Origin: Neoechinorhynchus agilis
Taxonomy: Eukaryota; Animalia; Acanthocephala
Direction: 5' to 3'
Assembly: GCA_051530055.1 (NCBI GenBank)
Contig: CM121341.1
Coordinates: 16,160,784 to 16,224,783, forward strand
Length of the DNA: 64,000 bases
Each line of letters opens with the position of its first letter. The first letter of the stretch is position 1. Shown here in pieces: positions 45,599 to 56,733 of the stretch. A model generated the notes under the pieces. The model saw nothing but the letters and a program-made list of their open reading frames with translations, did no database searches and had not been told where the DNA came from. Both the position numbers and the translations under genes were made by a program.

Positions 45599-46064
45599 AA
45601 TATTATTGTTTTAATACGAATGTACATTTTATTCGTCGCGATTAAGACGAACACGAATGCATACTTGTTTATATACCAGTAGTAGTGGCTACCAGGGTGC
45701 GCCATACGAACTCAATCCTAATAACCAGTGGTCGCAACTTCCATTTGTGTCCATCTACTGTATTTTTATTCAGTAAGACGCATGTTGGGCTCCGGAAATG
45801 CACGATAGTTATGATTTCAAAAACCCACAATGTTAGTTTTCTTTACGTTGGTCGATTACGTTCGAAGGAAGTGGAATAATTATTTTCCCGCCGGTAAACC
45901 CATTTTCAACGCTGAATATTTACGAATTGTGTTGCACTTGCGCAGTACATCGCTCAATGTAGATCGTGTTTGAGTCCAAAGTTTTACTGGTCGAAATGCT
46001 TTAATGGCCATAGTTGATAAAGGTATTGAATCTGATCACCCGCAATTGAAACATGCTCTGTAAT

Positions 46065-46177
46065 ATTGTTGTTTAGGTCGCTTGTCGACACCCGAGAGAT
46101 ATCATTAAAGACGAATATATTTCGATTTTTTTCACAGAGTTGAATCTCGGGTGTCGACAAGCGACCTAAACAACAAT
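46065..46177. mobile_element. MITE-like element with 33-bp perfect terminal inverted repeats
   Basis: ATTGTTGTTTAGGTCGCTTGTCGACACCCGAGA at 46065-46097 and its reverse complement at 46145-46177. No clear TSD. Confidence 0.7.
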
Positions 46178-46694
46178 GTATCTAACTACCCGAATGTAAT
46201 CCTCAATAAAATGTTCTGTTATCATCGACACAAAGTCGGAATGTAGGGTTGAAAATTAAGTCTTGCCATTCGGAACGGCATGCGCTGGGATTATCACATG
46301 TGAGGCAAACAGCGGTTACTCTGGTCTAGGTATTTGGTAAATTCAACCCTTCGGGAGATTCTCCTTGTACATTTCTGCATTCGGAATTTTTCCTTGCCGA
46401 TCACATAGTCAGATGATAAAATTTACGAATCTTATAGATATAAGATACGTATATCTTGTTTATTGTGCTGGGTAATTTCTTAGACACAACAACGCTCTTT
46501 TCTCATCTGCCCGTATTTGCGTTGCTTTTCAATTAATTAACATCAATGTTATTGTTAATTAGCATTTACATGTGACGGTTAAGACGAGGTTGAATATCAA
46601 ATTCCATAACGTTTTTTTTATGGCGAAGAAATTTTTTTTTTATAACTTTGATTATCGAATATTTTATAAATAAAAGCACGCACACTATAAATTC

Positions 46695-46821
46695 TATGAA
46701 TGAACATAGTTTCGTTTTCTTCAAATGTTATGTTTGTTCGGCAGCTTCCTTGATGGCCGCGGCATTGCCGCGTTGGATCGCCGCGTTGATTCGCTGCAAC
46801 AGGAAGCTGCTGGATCGCATA
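46695..46821 (-). mobile_element. 127-bp 3' fragment of the same CRE family as 5600-7310
   Basis: Matches 5606-5732 with 2 mismatches; encodes FLLQRISAAIQRGNAAAIKEA. Confidence 0.9.
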
Positions 46822-46932
46822 ATAAAATTTAATTAAATCGTTACCCGGACGCTGACCGCGTTTCCTCGTTGGATTGCGAGGCTTATTCTTTGGATCAGGA
46901 AAATCCTCTCGCGTCGCTCCCCTGTTTGTGCT

Positions 46933-47044
46933 GCGAAATTAAAATGATTTTATTTTAAATCCGATTTTCGGCACAATCTTGTGCCTCTATCAAGGTTGCT
47001 AACTCGGATATTTAAAAACTTACAAGCAACCTTAATAAAGATAC
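46933..47044. repeat. Second, degraded copy of the 43215-43362 PLE-end family; its partial inverted arm abuts the CRE 5' end
   Basis: GAAATTAAAATGATTT...CCGAT.TTCGGCAC...GTGCCT.TATCAAGGTTG is shared with 43244-43309; inverted AAGGTTGCT/AGCAACCTT. Confidence 0.75.
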
Positions 47045-50000
47045 GCCACCACCGCCGTCAACGATGCCACCACCGCCGTCCCCTCGCTCCGCTCAGGCCG
47101 AAATCGATCACCAAACAGACGACCCAGTGACGACCAACCCCACATCAATCACCAGCACCGCTTCCTCTACGCAACGTGACGAAGTACCGACCACCCCGAA
47201 GTCACCGCCTACAACTTTGATGCAAGTTGGCACCTCCCAGCATGCCCCATACGTTCCCACGATTTGCCCCTTCTGCGAACGGGAAATACATTTAACAAAG
47301 GTTGGCCATTTTAGGGTGCATGGGCCCATTGGTTCCCGATGTCCTGGCTCGTACCAACCTCTCCCATCTCGGCCGAGCATTCCTGCATCCTTATCTTTAT
47401 CACGACCGGATAAACCTAACGAGAGCTTGTCGTCAAACTGTCAAACCCCATCTTTGGAATACCTTTCCCGGGTTTTACCAACAACAATTTTAAAGCACAT
47501 TCCCAAGGGGGCAAGAACCCAGGTGGCACAATCATACACAAATCTCTTGCAACGTTGTGCTGAGAACAATGAGGATATTGATTGGGTAAAACTTTTTGCT
47601 TTCACCCGCCTTGTTCTCAGCTCTAGCAACTCAATATCGGGGAATTTGACATCCAACATTAAAAATAGGCTAGTGGAGTTCGACGCGAATTTAAAGAGAA
47701 TGACCGAATCCTCAGCGACTCCCGAAAATTCGTCTAGTAAAAGCCGTAAACAAGGCACAGTTCGACCACTGGGTCAACGCGTATCGGCGAAGCTCGCAGA
47801 CGGGGATGTTCGCGGTGCCGTTCGGCTTCTAGCCTCAACTGAAGATTTTGCGCCAAACCATGGCACTACTTTTGAGGCTCTATTAAAGTTGCATCCGTCA
47901 TCGGAGTCGAACTCCACCAATTTTACACCAACTACTCAGGCTTTCCGAACAAATAGTTTAGAAATAAGGAAAGCTGTGTCTTCCTTCGCCAATGGCTCAG
48001 GACACGGGCCGGATGGCTTGCGTCCACAGCACCTCAAAGACATGATGTCTTTTTCTACAGGTGCTTCGGGAATAGCCCTCGGAACTGCTTTGCTTAAAAT
48101 AGTTGATATTTTCATCGAGGGCTCTATTGGCAATTTGGCTACACATCTTTTCTTCGGCGCCTCTTTGTGTGCTTTGCCCAAGAAAGATGGTGGGATTCGT
48201 CCCATCGCCATTGGCTGCACTTTGCGTAGGTTAGCCGCGAAAGTTTTATGCAGGAGAATCTCCGATAAAACGGGAGAATTTTTGAGACCCTGTCAGTTAG
48301 GTTGCTGCACTCCTTGTAGAGTTGAAGCGGTCGTGCATGCTCTGCGAAAATTTATCCCCCAAAGAACAAAGCCAACAGCAATTCTGAAAGTAGATTTTAA
48401 AAATGCTTTCAATACTTTGAAAAGGGAAACAATGTTAAAAGCGATTGAGGATGTCGTCCCAGAGGCTTACCCCTATTTCTGGAGAGCATATGCTAACCAT
48501 ACGCCACTGCTGTACAACGACAAAATAATTTGGTCGCACAGTGGTGTACAACAGGGAGATCCACAAGGCCCCATAGGCTTCTCCGTCGCAGTAAATGATC
48601 TTGCCCATTCAATGGTTTCTTCTTTCAACGCTTGGTACTTGGACGATGCCACACTCGGTGGCGATCCAAGTGTTGTTTTGAGCGACCTTCAAAGGATCGT
48701 GAATGAAGCGGACCGCTTGGGAATAGAAATAAATCCCCAAAAATGCGAACTTCTCATCCTGAACGCAACTGAAAACGAGCGCTCTCAAATCTCTAGCGAT
48801 TTTGAATCAGTTGCTCCTGGTCTAGGTTTGATCACCCTTGACCAGCTCACACTCCTCGGGAGCTGCGTTCTTGCTGAGAATGTTGCGAAGGACCTGCGCG
48901 CACAAATCCCGAAAATGGAGTTGCTCTGCGGCCGAACTTCTGAGCTTTCGCACATGAGGGTCTCTTCTTGATCAAGAATTGCCTCTATATGCCGAAATTG
49001 CTTCATAAGCTAAGAGCAGCTCCATGTTTCGGAGAAGACAAATTGTTAGGAGAGCTCGACGGGGTAATTCGTAAGCAGCTGGGACATATATTGAATGTCA
49101 AATTTTCTGACACAGGTTGGCGACAGGCTACTTTTCCCACGGCTTATGGTGGTTTGGGAGTTCGCACCACTTCAGACGTCGCTTTACCTGCCTTCCTCTC
49201 CTCTTGCCGGGCAAGTAAAGTCTATGTCGATGCCATTTTAGGCAAATCGCTGAAGGATGCGATCTTTGAAACAGGATTATATCAATGGCATCAATTGACA
49301 GGCATCAACCAGCTCCCCGCAAATGAGTGCAAGCAGTCGTCTTGGGACATTCCTCTCGTTCAGAAGATTCACAACTCTTTCAAAGATTTTCTGGATGAGG
49401 TGTCTCAGGTCCGGCTGGTAGCCTGTTCCACGAAGGAGTCGGGGGCGTGGTTGAATGCTCTCCCTGTAGGGAAACTTGGAACTCTCCTTGCTGACTCAGT
49501 CGTCAGGATCGCAGTATCCTTGAGATTAGGCCTACCGATTTGCATCCCGCATAGCTGCCGCTGCGGCACTATAGTGGACTCTTCGGGGAGACACGGTCTC
49601 ATATGCAAGACGTCATCGGGACGATTTCCAAGGCATGCTGAAATCAATGCCATCCTGAGTAGGACCCTAAAAACGCTTTCCCTTCCAAACATTCTAGAAC
49701 CCACTAATCTTTGTAGATTAGATGGAAGACGCCCTGATGGCGTGGCCGTATTTCCTTGGCGGGAGGGAAAATGTTTGTTGTGGGATGCAACGTGTGTGGA
49801 CACGTTGGCAAACTCCAACATCAGCCACTCGAAAAAAGGTCCAGGAGGAGCGGCGACGGTTGCAGAGGATCGGAAATGCTCAAAATACAGGGAGCTAATC
49901 CGAAATTACTATTTTGTCCCCTTCGGTGTGGAAACGTATGTGGCCTTGGGAGGGTCGGCACTGGCCCTCGTGAAGGAATTGGGGAAACGAATCAACGCGG

Positions 50001-50149
50001 CGACTGGAGAACCAAGATCGACTTCGTTCCTAGCCCAAAAAATAAGCATTGCGGTGCAGCGGGGCAATGCGGCTAGCATTTTGGCCTGCGCCGATGAATA
50101 GGGGCGTCGAAGAAACTATAAATTTATGAATGCTCTTGTTTAAAAAAAA
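47045..50149 (+). mobile_element. Near full-length CRE-clade non-LTR retrotransposon (Zn finger, RT, CCHC, RLE) with one frameshift at ~48955
   Basis: CPFCER..HFRVHG..RCPGS, GPDGLRP, GGIRPIA, VDFKNAFN, GVQQGDP, WYLDD, CRCG..HGLIC, RPDG..WDATC..K..KY, QRGNAAS, and an A8 tail at 50142-50149. Confidence 0.95.
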
Positions 50150-50293
50150 GTTTCATAATTTCGTTGCCATGAAGCAACCAATATGAACAAGTTCAACAAT
50201 CAAACGTAATGTTTTTGTTGCGTGGTAATTACTGAAGTCTGTTGCGTGGTAATTACTGAAGTCGTTGGTGGGATTCACTGGCCTTCAGATAGT

Positions 50294-50366
50294 TGCCTTC
50301 GGAGAGAATTGAACTCACGACCCCTGCTTTACTAGAGCAGTGCTCTAACCACTGAGCTACGAAGGC
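50294..50366 (-). tRNA. tRNA-Thr(AGT)
   Basis: Reverse complement GCCTTCG TA GCTC AGTGGTTA GAGC A CTGCT CTAGTAA AGCAG GGGTC GTGAG TTCAATT CTCTC CGAAGGC A gives a full cloverleaf with one U-U mismatch in the T stem. Confidence 0.93.
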
Positions 50367-51029
50367 TGCGTAGTAAACCAACACGTGTTTTGAGCCATTT
50401 ATCTTTAAAGGATCTCGTTAAATTGCAAGATAAAACCGTTTTAAATAGGCTATGTGTCAACAACATGGAACATCAATAAAGTCTCCACTGCTTCGCATTT
50501 TAAAGAAATTTATGATGCGCGATGTTGACCGAAGTTTACAAAAGATCTAATCATTCGTCCGGATGGATTATCGATATTCATTCCCGGTTTCATACATGCG
50601 AATCATAGGATGAGCACCAAAGTTATAAATGTGAGCAGTGTGGAACCTTAACAGTTACTAACAACGTTTCGCTTTGGAAAAAAGGCAAAGATGGAGCGAA
50701 TTGCACTTATAGAAGTATTATTTAGGTCTTCACCCTGTAAAGAATTTTTTTATTTGGATTAAGAAATAAACGTGTTATTATTACCTCCCATATTAAAATC
50801 TTATTTATGTTGCCTTCATGCGCAAATGCCAAAATTATTTCCTTATTTTGTTAGAGTTTAAGGATAAATCAAGTATTCGATGTAGATCTTGAGCGTCTTT
50901 TAACAACAAACCTTGATAATGTCGGAATTATCCGAGATGTGAAATATCGGAAATAAGTTAGTGAATTTAAATCTGGCGTGGCACAATTACCAAAAGAAAG
51001 TATCTTTTCCCCCAAAGATAATAATCCAA

Positions 51030-51716
51030 CGAGGATCGCAGCATCCTTAAGACTTGGTCTCCCGATATGCACGCCCCATCGCTGTCGATGTGGGTCTTTG
51101 GTTGATGCTTTCGGGCGACACGGTCTCGTCTGCAGAAGATCAGGAGGAAGGTTCTCACGCCATTCTGAAATCAATAACGCAATTTCTCGGGCGTTGAGAA
51201 CGGCGAACTTCCCGAACATCCTGGAACCCGCCCACCTTTGTCGACTAGACGACCGTAGGCCCGATGGAATTTCGGTCTTCCCGTGGCGGGAGGGCAAATA
51301 CCTTCTCTGGGACGCCACGTGTGTGGATACCCTCGCAGGCAGAAACATCCGCTACTCCCTCGATATCGCCGGTGGTGCCGCCAGTGCAGCGGAAGGGAGG
51401 AAAATACGGAACTATATTCACTTATCGAGGGCTCACTATTTTGTCCCCTTTGGGGTAGAGACGTATGGAGCGCTCGGCAGCTCGGCACTCTCTCTGCTCC
51501 AGGATCTCTCGAAGAAATTGAGAGAGGCAACCAGAGACTCAAGAGCAGGCGTATTCCTTCGACAAAATATCTCGCTGGCAGCACAACGAGGCAATGCTGC
51601 CAGCGTGATGGCGACGGTCGAGGAAGTACAAAAGCTGGAATTTGGCGGGAGGTGGTGAGTGTGCTTCAAACAGATTGTTTGAATTGTTAAAAATATATTA
51701 TGGTTTTCAAAAAAAA
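51030..51716 (+). mobile_element. 5'-truncated CRE-clade element (CCHC + RLE only), diverged from the 47-50 kb copy
   Basis: RIAASLRLGLPICTPHRCRCG...RRPDG..WDATCVDTLA..AEGRKIRNY...QRGNAASV in an open frame; A-rich tail at ~51708-51715. Confidence 0.92.
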
Positions 51717-51965
51717 GACATAAAAGCTTTAACTGCAACTAAATATTTGCAAAAGCTTCATCGAGGTTAGATGCCAAAACCAAAATTGTGTTTTAGCTAT
51801 AAGAGCATTACAATTTGATGTGCAGGCGTCTAAACTAAGTAAGCGATGGTATAACAAGGTTCCAAACTCTAAATTTGGCTCCTGTTCATGGAACGGTCCT
51901 GATGAGTCTTTCATGCAAAAGCGGCAATATCTAACAATATAAATCGAACGCTTGATTTTCGCCAA

Positions 51966-53240
51966 ATGGAAAGACTATTGAAGGAGAAGCTCCCTAGCAT
52001 TCGAGCGACCATCGAACCAAGGCAGCAAATAACATCGAAACTGTTCCCAAATGGTCCTCCACAAAAATTGGACATTAAACTTTCTAGGGATGACGAGGCT
52101 TTCGTTAAACGCGAAGTCGACATGTTCACTTTTGAAATGGTTACAACTTTCCCATTCACTCCCGGAATAAAGGAGATTCTCAAAGATGACTGTGGAATAT
52201 ACCTTGACGAAGGTGATATGGAGCTCATTGAAGACGAGCCGAAAAATTTCGGTAGTAGTGATCAATGTTATAGTGTTGGTCAGTCATCGACATCTTCGAC
52301 TGAACTATTGTCATTGCTTAATACTCTTCCACTTGATTCTGTTGTCCGAATCACTGATCTGGTTGCAACTATCGATTATCGTCCCCGCCGTATCTACGAG
52401 GCAATGAACATACTCGAAGGATTGAACATTGTTGAGAAGATTCGAAGGAATGAATTTCGTTTAAAAGGAAAGGATGGTCTCGGATTTACGATGGGAAAAC
52501 TGCAAGTGATGTCTCACGTGCTGGGCTTTACTCAGTTTGCTCAGAACTATTATGAACAATACTATCATCAGTTAGACGATCCACAGGTAAAGAGAAAAAA
52601 AGGCAGAAAATCAGCCGAATCAGACCCGATCGACAATACACTAGGGATTATATGTCAAAAACTACTGATGCTTTGCGTTACTCAAGTAAATGGAAAGATA
52701 CCGATACGCTTCGCTGCACGATTGTTGGCGCATGCGGACCATTCCGCAGGTGTGGAACATTTCAAACGCAGAATCCACGAGACGATGGGCACTCTTGGAC
52801 CTCTTGGAATTTTAAAGAAAATAACAGCCCATCGGGATGGTCGATGGGAACGGATGCTCGTCTACACTGGGCCCGAACCTGAACCTGTCTCAACTGAAAA
52901 GATATTTGATATTATCATTTGTGGAAAAGAAGCATCTAAGCAATCAATAGATCGGTTGGTGCAATCCGCTTATCGGGCAACCGGAAAAATTCCGATATAC
53001 GAGGTTAACCAAGGATGTCTTGTGCCTTCAAACATCCCTCTAAATGATAGAATAACGCTTATGACAAACGGGACCTCGACAAATCGTTCTAAATGTGACA
53101 AATCGCTCAATTTTACTATAAACAAAGAATGCTGTTTTTCAGGATCAAGCAAGAAGCAGCAACACAGTACCGTTAAACACGTAAAATGTCATATCAAGAA
53201 GGGTCTTATGGAAGCCATGGGTGACGCCAGTAGATTGTAA
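51966..53240 (+). CDS. E2F7/8: Atypical E2F (E2F7/8-like) with two divergent winged-helix DNA-binding domains
   Basis: DBD1 RRIYEAMNILEGLNIVEKIRRNEFRLKG and DBD2 TLGIICQKLLML...AARLL...KRRIHETMGTLGPLGILKKI...YTGP parallel E2F7/8. Confidence 0.7.
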   Translation: MERLLKEKLPSIRATIEPRQQITSKLFPNGPPQKLDIKLSRDDEAFVKREVDMFTFEMVTTFPFTPGIKEILKDDCGIYLDEGDMELIEDEPKNFGSSDQCYSVGQSSTSSTELLSLLNTLPLDSVVRITDLVATIDYRPRRIYEAMNILEGLNIVEKIRRNEFRLKGKDGLGFTMGKLQVMSHVLGFTQFAQNYYEQYYHQLDDPQVKRKKGRKSAESDPIDNTLGIICQKLLMLCVTQVNGKIPIRFAARLLAHADHSAGVEHFKRRIHETMGTLGPLGILKKITAHRDGRWERMLVYTGPEPEPVSTEKIFDIIICGKEASKQSIDRLVQSAYRATGKIPIYEVNQGCLVPSNIPLNDRITLMTNGTSTNRSKCDKSLNFTINKECCFSGSSKKQQHSTVKHVKCHIKKGLMEAMGDASRL

Positions 53241-53750
53241 GTGAATGGAGCAAAAATAAACGATTTTGTAACCGATGAAATGACTAAAGCCTTCCGAATG
53301 CTATAGAATTTGAAGCCCCACTACAAATTGCACTTAATCTAGAAAAAATAATACAGACAATTCACGCAGGATTAAAATTTTTGAAACGATGGTGGTAATC
53401 AATCAGATTATTTGTCCACTCTAAATTCGTATTTCCGTCGACTACTCAGCGGTCTCTACTTCTCAACTCAGAAGATAATATTTTGATTTTAATGACAGCA
53501 CGAACTAATGCGCGGCAATGCTGTACAAAAACGTTCATGTATAACTGCAATGTTTTGTATGTTCGAAAGCAATGGCATTGTGCCATAGAAGTTCCGCATC
53601 TATTTTTCCACCTTTTACACTTACACAATTTTTCTCGTTTAACAATCATTTCCTTAACATTTCACATACGCTAAAAGAGAGTCATTTTAGCGAGTGTCTT
53701 ACTCACCTCTTTATACACTGCGCAAATCGCAAAGTGCTCATTGGCTTTCC

Positions 53751-56733
53751 ATGGATTTTCTTTCTCTACATGCAGCCTATTATGGATGGATGATGGCCGT
53801 GAGCATGGTTTCATTTCTTGTTGAAATCGTATTTGCGCACGTTTGTCATTCGCTTCTGCTCAATGTGGATGCCTTGTTTAAAGTCGCCCAGGCTGTTTTA
53901 GCAATGATCCAATTGCTGTCGGCAAATGTGAGTCTTGGTCGCACGAAAATTCCATGTCTATTTCTAACTTAAATAACTTCTCAACTTTACAATGGTGACT
54001 TCTGCTCATTCTATTCTGAATAGCTTACAAACATTCACGCCACCACTCTGGATCACTCAGCTGTCGTCCTGGTGTAAAGTCGCCGTAAAAGTTTCGTAAT
54101 TTCAAGTAAAAAAGTTCCTATATTCAAGGTTCAAGTTTTTTCAACTAAGTCTTTATGCTAAAACCAATTTTAAATAAATCTTAAATTGTATTTACATAGT
54201 CTTTCCCATTAGATCAAATGTGAGCTACCATCACGTCACTTTTTTATATCAACCAGTTAACCTTAGACTTAGAAATAATGTGTGACGAATCTCAATGCCG
54301 ACTCGAATACCTCAATTTCTTAAATGGAACCTTTTCTTAACAAAGAATTAGCCCACTAGATTTGATTTGGAATAATTTCCCAAAGTTGTAAATCTAATTT
54401 CTAATGATCTCCCCATTTTATTTCGTAAAATTGAATGCTTGATTTGTAACATATTCTTTAAAGCACATTAAAACACGGGAGTACCCGCACCATAAATTCA
54501 ACTTTAAATGAAATTTTAGGGTTTGGACCAGTCAACAGAGATAAGCACATTTGGCTTAGGAAGATTAGGATTGATAGCGGAACTTATGAACTGTATATTT
54601 CTATACGCAATGTCGTTTTCATTAATGATGGAGGGCGTTAAGCATATCGTAGGTAAGACTTGCAATTTTGAAGTTCTATAATGGAACCTATTTAACGGCA
54701 AGATAATATACGGTATGAAAAGATTGAAACTAACGAGTACAATAGTTCAAGGTATTCACTTATCGGTGAGATATAAAACGAGTTGAGCATCGTGGTAGTG
54801 AAATCAACGAATTTAGACCACCAGCATTTCAGGTTAAATCGACCAGATCTTGTACTCAAAGTAGCTTATTTTGTGATTTGTGCTAATGTCGCCACTATCA
54901 TTGGACAATTTGGTATGTTTGAATCGATTTGGCGGAATTACTTTCACTGCAATCTTAGCATACCATTATGTAATGTATAACAAGACAAGGAAAATGGCCG
55001 CAGCTGAGCGGCACCAGTGCTACGTAGACAAATATGTATCTACAGGTATCCATTAAAGATTTGACTTACAAAGTTCTCTAAAACCCGATAACACTTATAT
55101 TGTCCAAAAACAAAGACTGTCCCCGATTCGTTAACTTAAAAAACTAAAAGCTATAATGGTGAATTTTGATGCAAAAAGCGGCCAGAGACTCGGGTGGTTA
55201 ATTTCAGGTTGCAACGCGAATATATTGCCCTTTGAACTAAGCTAAATTGCAAAATGTAGAAATCTGAATGTTTTGAATCCACTTTCCTATATCTTCTGAG
55301 AAGAACCTAATATCACTTGGTTTAAAGTTTCAACCAGTTTGGAGAAATAGCGAGCATAAAAACTCACATGATAATAAATTTATATCATCAAATTTAACAA
55401 AAACTGAAAAAACAGCTTTAAAACTAGAAGATAAACTCATATTTTTAAAAATGGGAACTCAAATATAAGAAAATTGCAATCAACAATGAAAATTAATTTA
55501 CCGTTCTGCAAACCATAGTAGAGGTGTTCACATAATAATGTTAATTAATTGGTTTCTTTTGTAAAGAATTTGTAACGTTCAAGGCGGATAGATGTTTTTA
55601 AATCTAAATATCTTTAAACAACGACAATTTGCCGTATTTGAGCAAGTAGAAAAGCATGCACAAGCAGGGAATTTTTGCTCATTCTTGTTAAAGAGCCGTA
55701 TTTATCAACAAAATTATAGTGATTTTAAGAATCACTTAAAAGTAAAAGGGATTTAAATTTTATTTGGTAACAAGCTGCGGCTGGCATTATGTGAAAATAC
55801 AGTGAGATTTTAAAGATGAGATAGTTGCTCACCTCGATTTAAGAGTTTATCTTTTCTTTTAACATTATTTTCAAGACGTAAATACAAATTATTAAGTGAT
55901 AAGATAAATACTTCATCCGCTTCCCATTATTTTAGCGACCCGACTAGTGTCATGGAAGTATATCCTGATTCACACATTCTGCCTTATTGTTAACAGCATT
56001 CTGCTGGCCATTTGTGGAGCAGTAGTTGTCTACAGCAAACACATTATTATATTTTATATCGATACGATATTCGCATTTTTGATGTCCGTTGTTTGCGTAC
56101 TAGCAACCTATCCTATCGGTAAGGAGGCTAGATAAAATTGAAAAGTAATTCAGGCGATAAAATTTAGTAATAAAGGCAATGGAGATATTACTTCAGAGTC
56201 ATTCAATTTCTTTGGACATAAAACAATTAGTAACCAAAATACAAACTGAGGTGAGTTTATTCGTTGCCTCATAAAACTCTCTTATGGGACCTTTTAGGTG
56301 CCAAATATCGCCAACATCCACAATCTCCAAGTTTGGCAGCATGTTCCGTTTGAACAGATCGCAACCGTTCACGTCGTGTTCACAACAACGAAAGGATATG
56401 AGGCAAAATTAAATAAAATTATGAAAATTCTCCAAGAAGCAAATATCAAGCAATTAACTGTACAACCAGAATTTTTAAATGTAACATTTATCGCGAATTT
56501 TTATTGATTAAATTATCAACTTGTAGGAAACAACTGTTCACGAGTATGAATCAGGATGTCTTATGAAATGTCCATGCGATTGTAAACATGAAAAGTATAC
56601 TGATTTTGGGGGATCCGTGGTACGAAGGAGATATAGTGACGAAAAATGCAAATTCGAGGATGCTCGAGTAACGTCCGTTAAGTCCAACGGATCGTTTCGC
56701 TCAGCGATCGCTTATGTTGACGATTGTAAATAA
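53751..56733 (+). CDS. Divergent ZnT/SLC30 (CDF family) transporter-like protein, multi-exon
   Basis: TM1-2 MMAVSMVSFLVEIVFAHVCHSLLLNVDAL, YGMKRLK..IVQG (~54700-54770), a TM4 exon (~54830-54910), TM5-6 ILIHTF..YIDTI, EILLQ, IHNLQVWQ..TVQPEF, and a ZnT1-like CLMKCP tail. The checked introns are GT-AG. Confidence 0.68.

Noticed and set aside
47045-51716. Spliced-leader or snRNA gene as the CRE target
   Set aside because: No recognisable SL RNA, Sm site with donor, or U1/U2/U6/5S sequence at the junctions.
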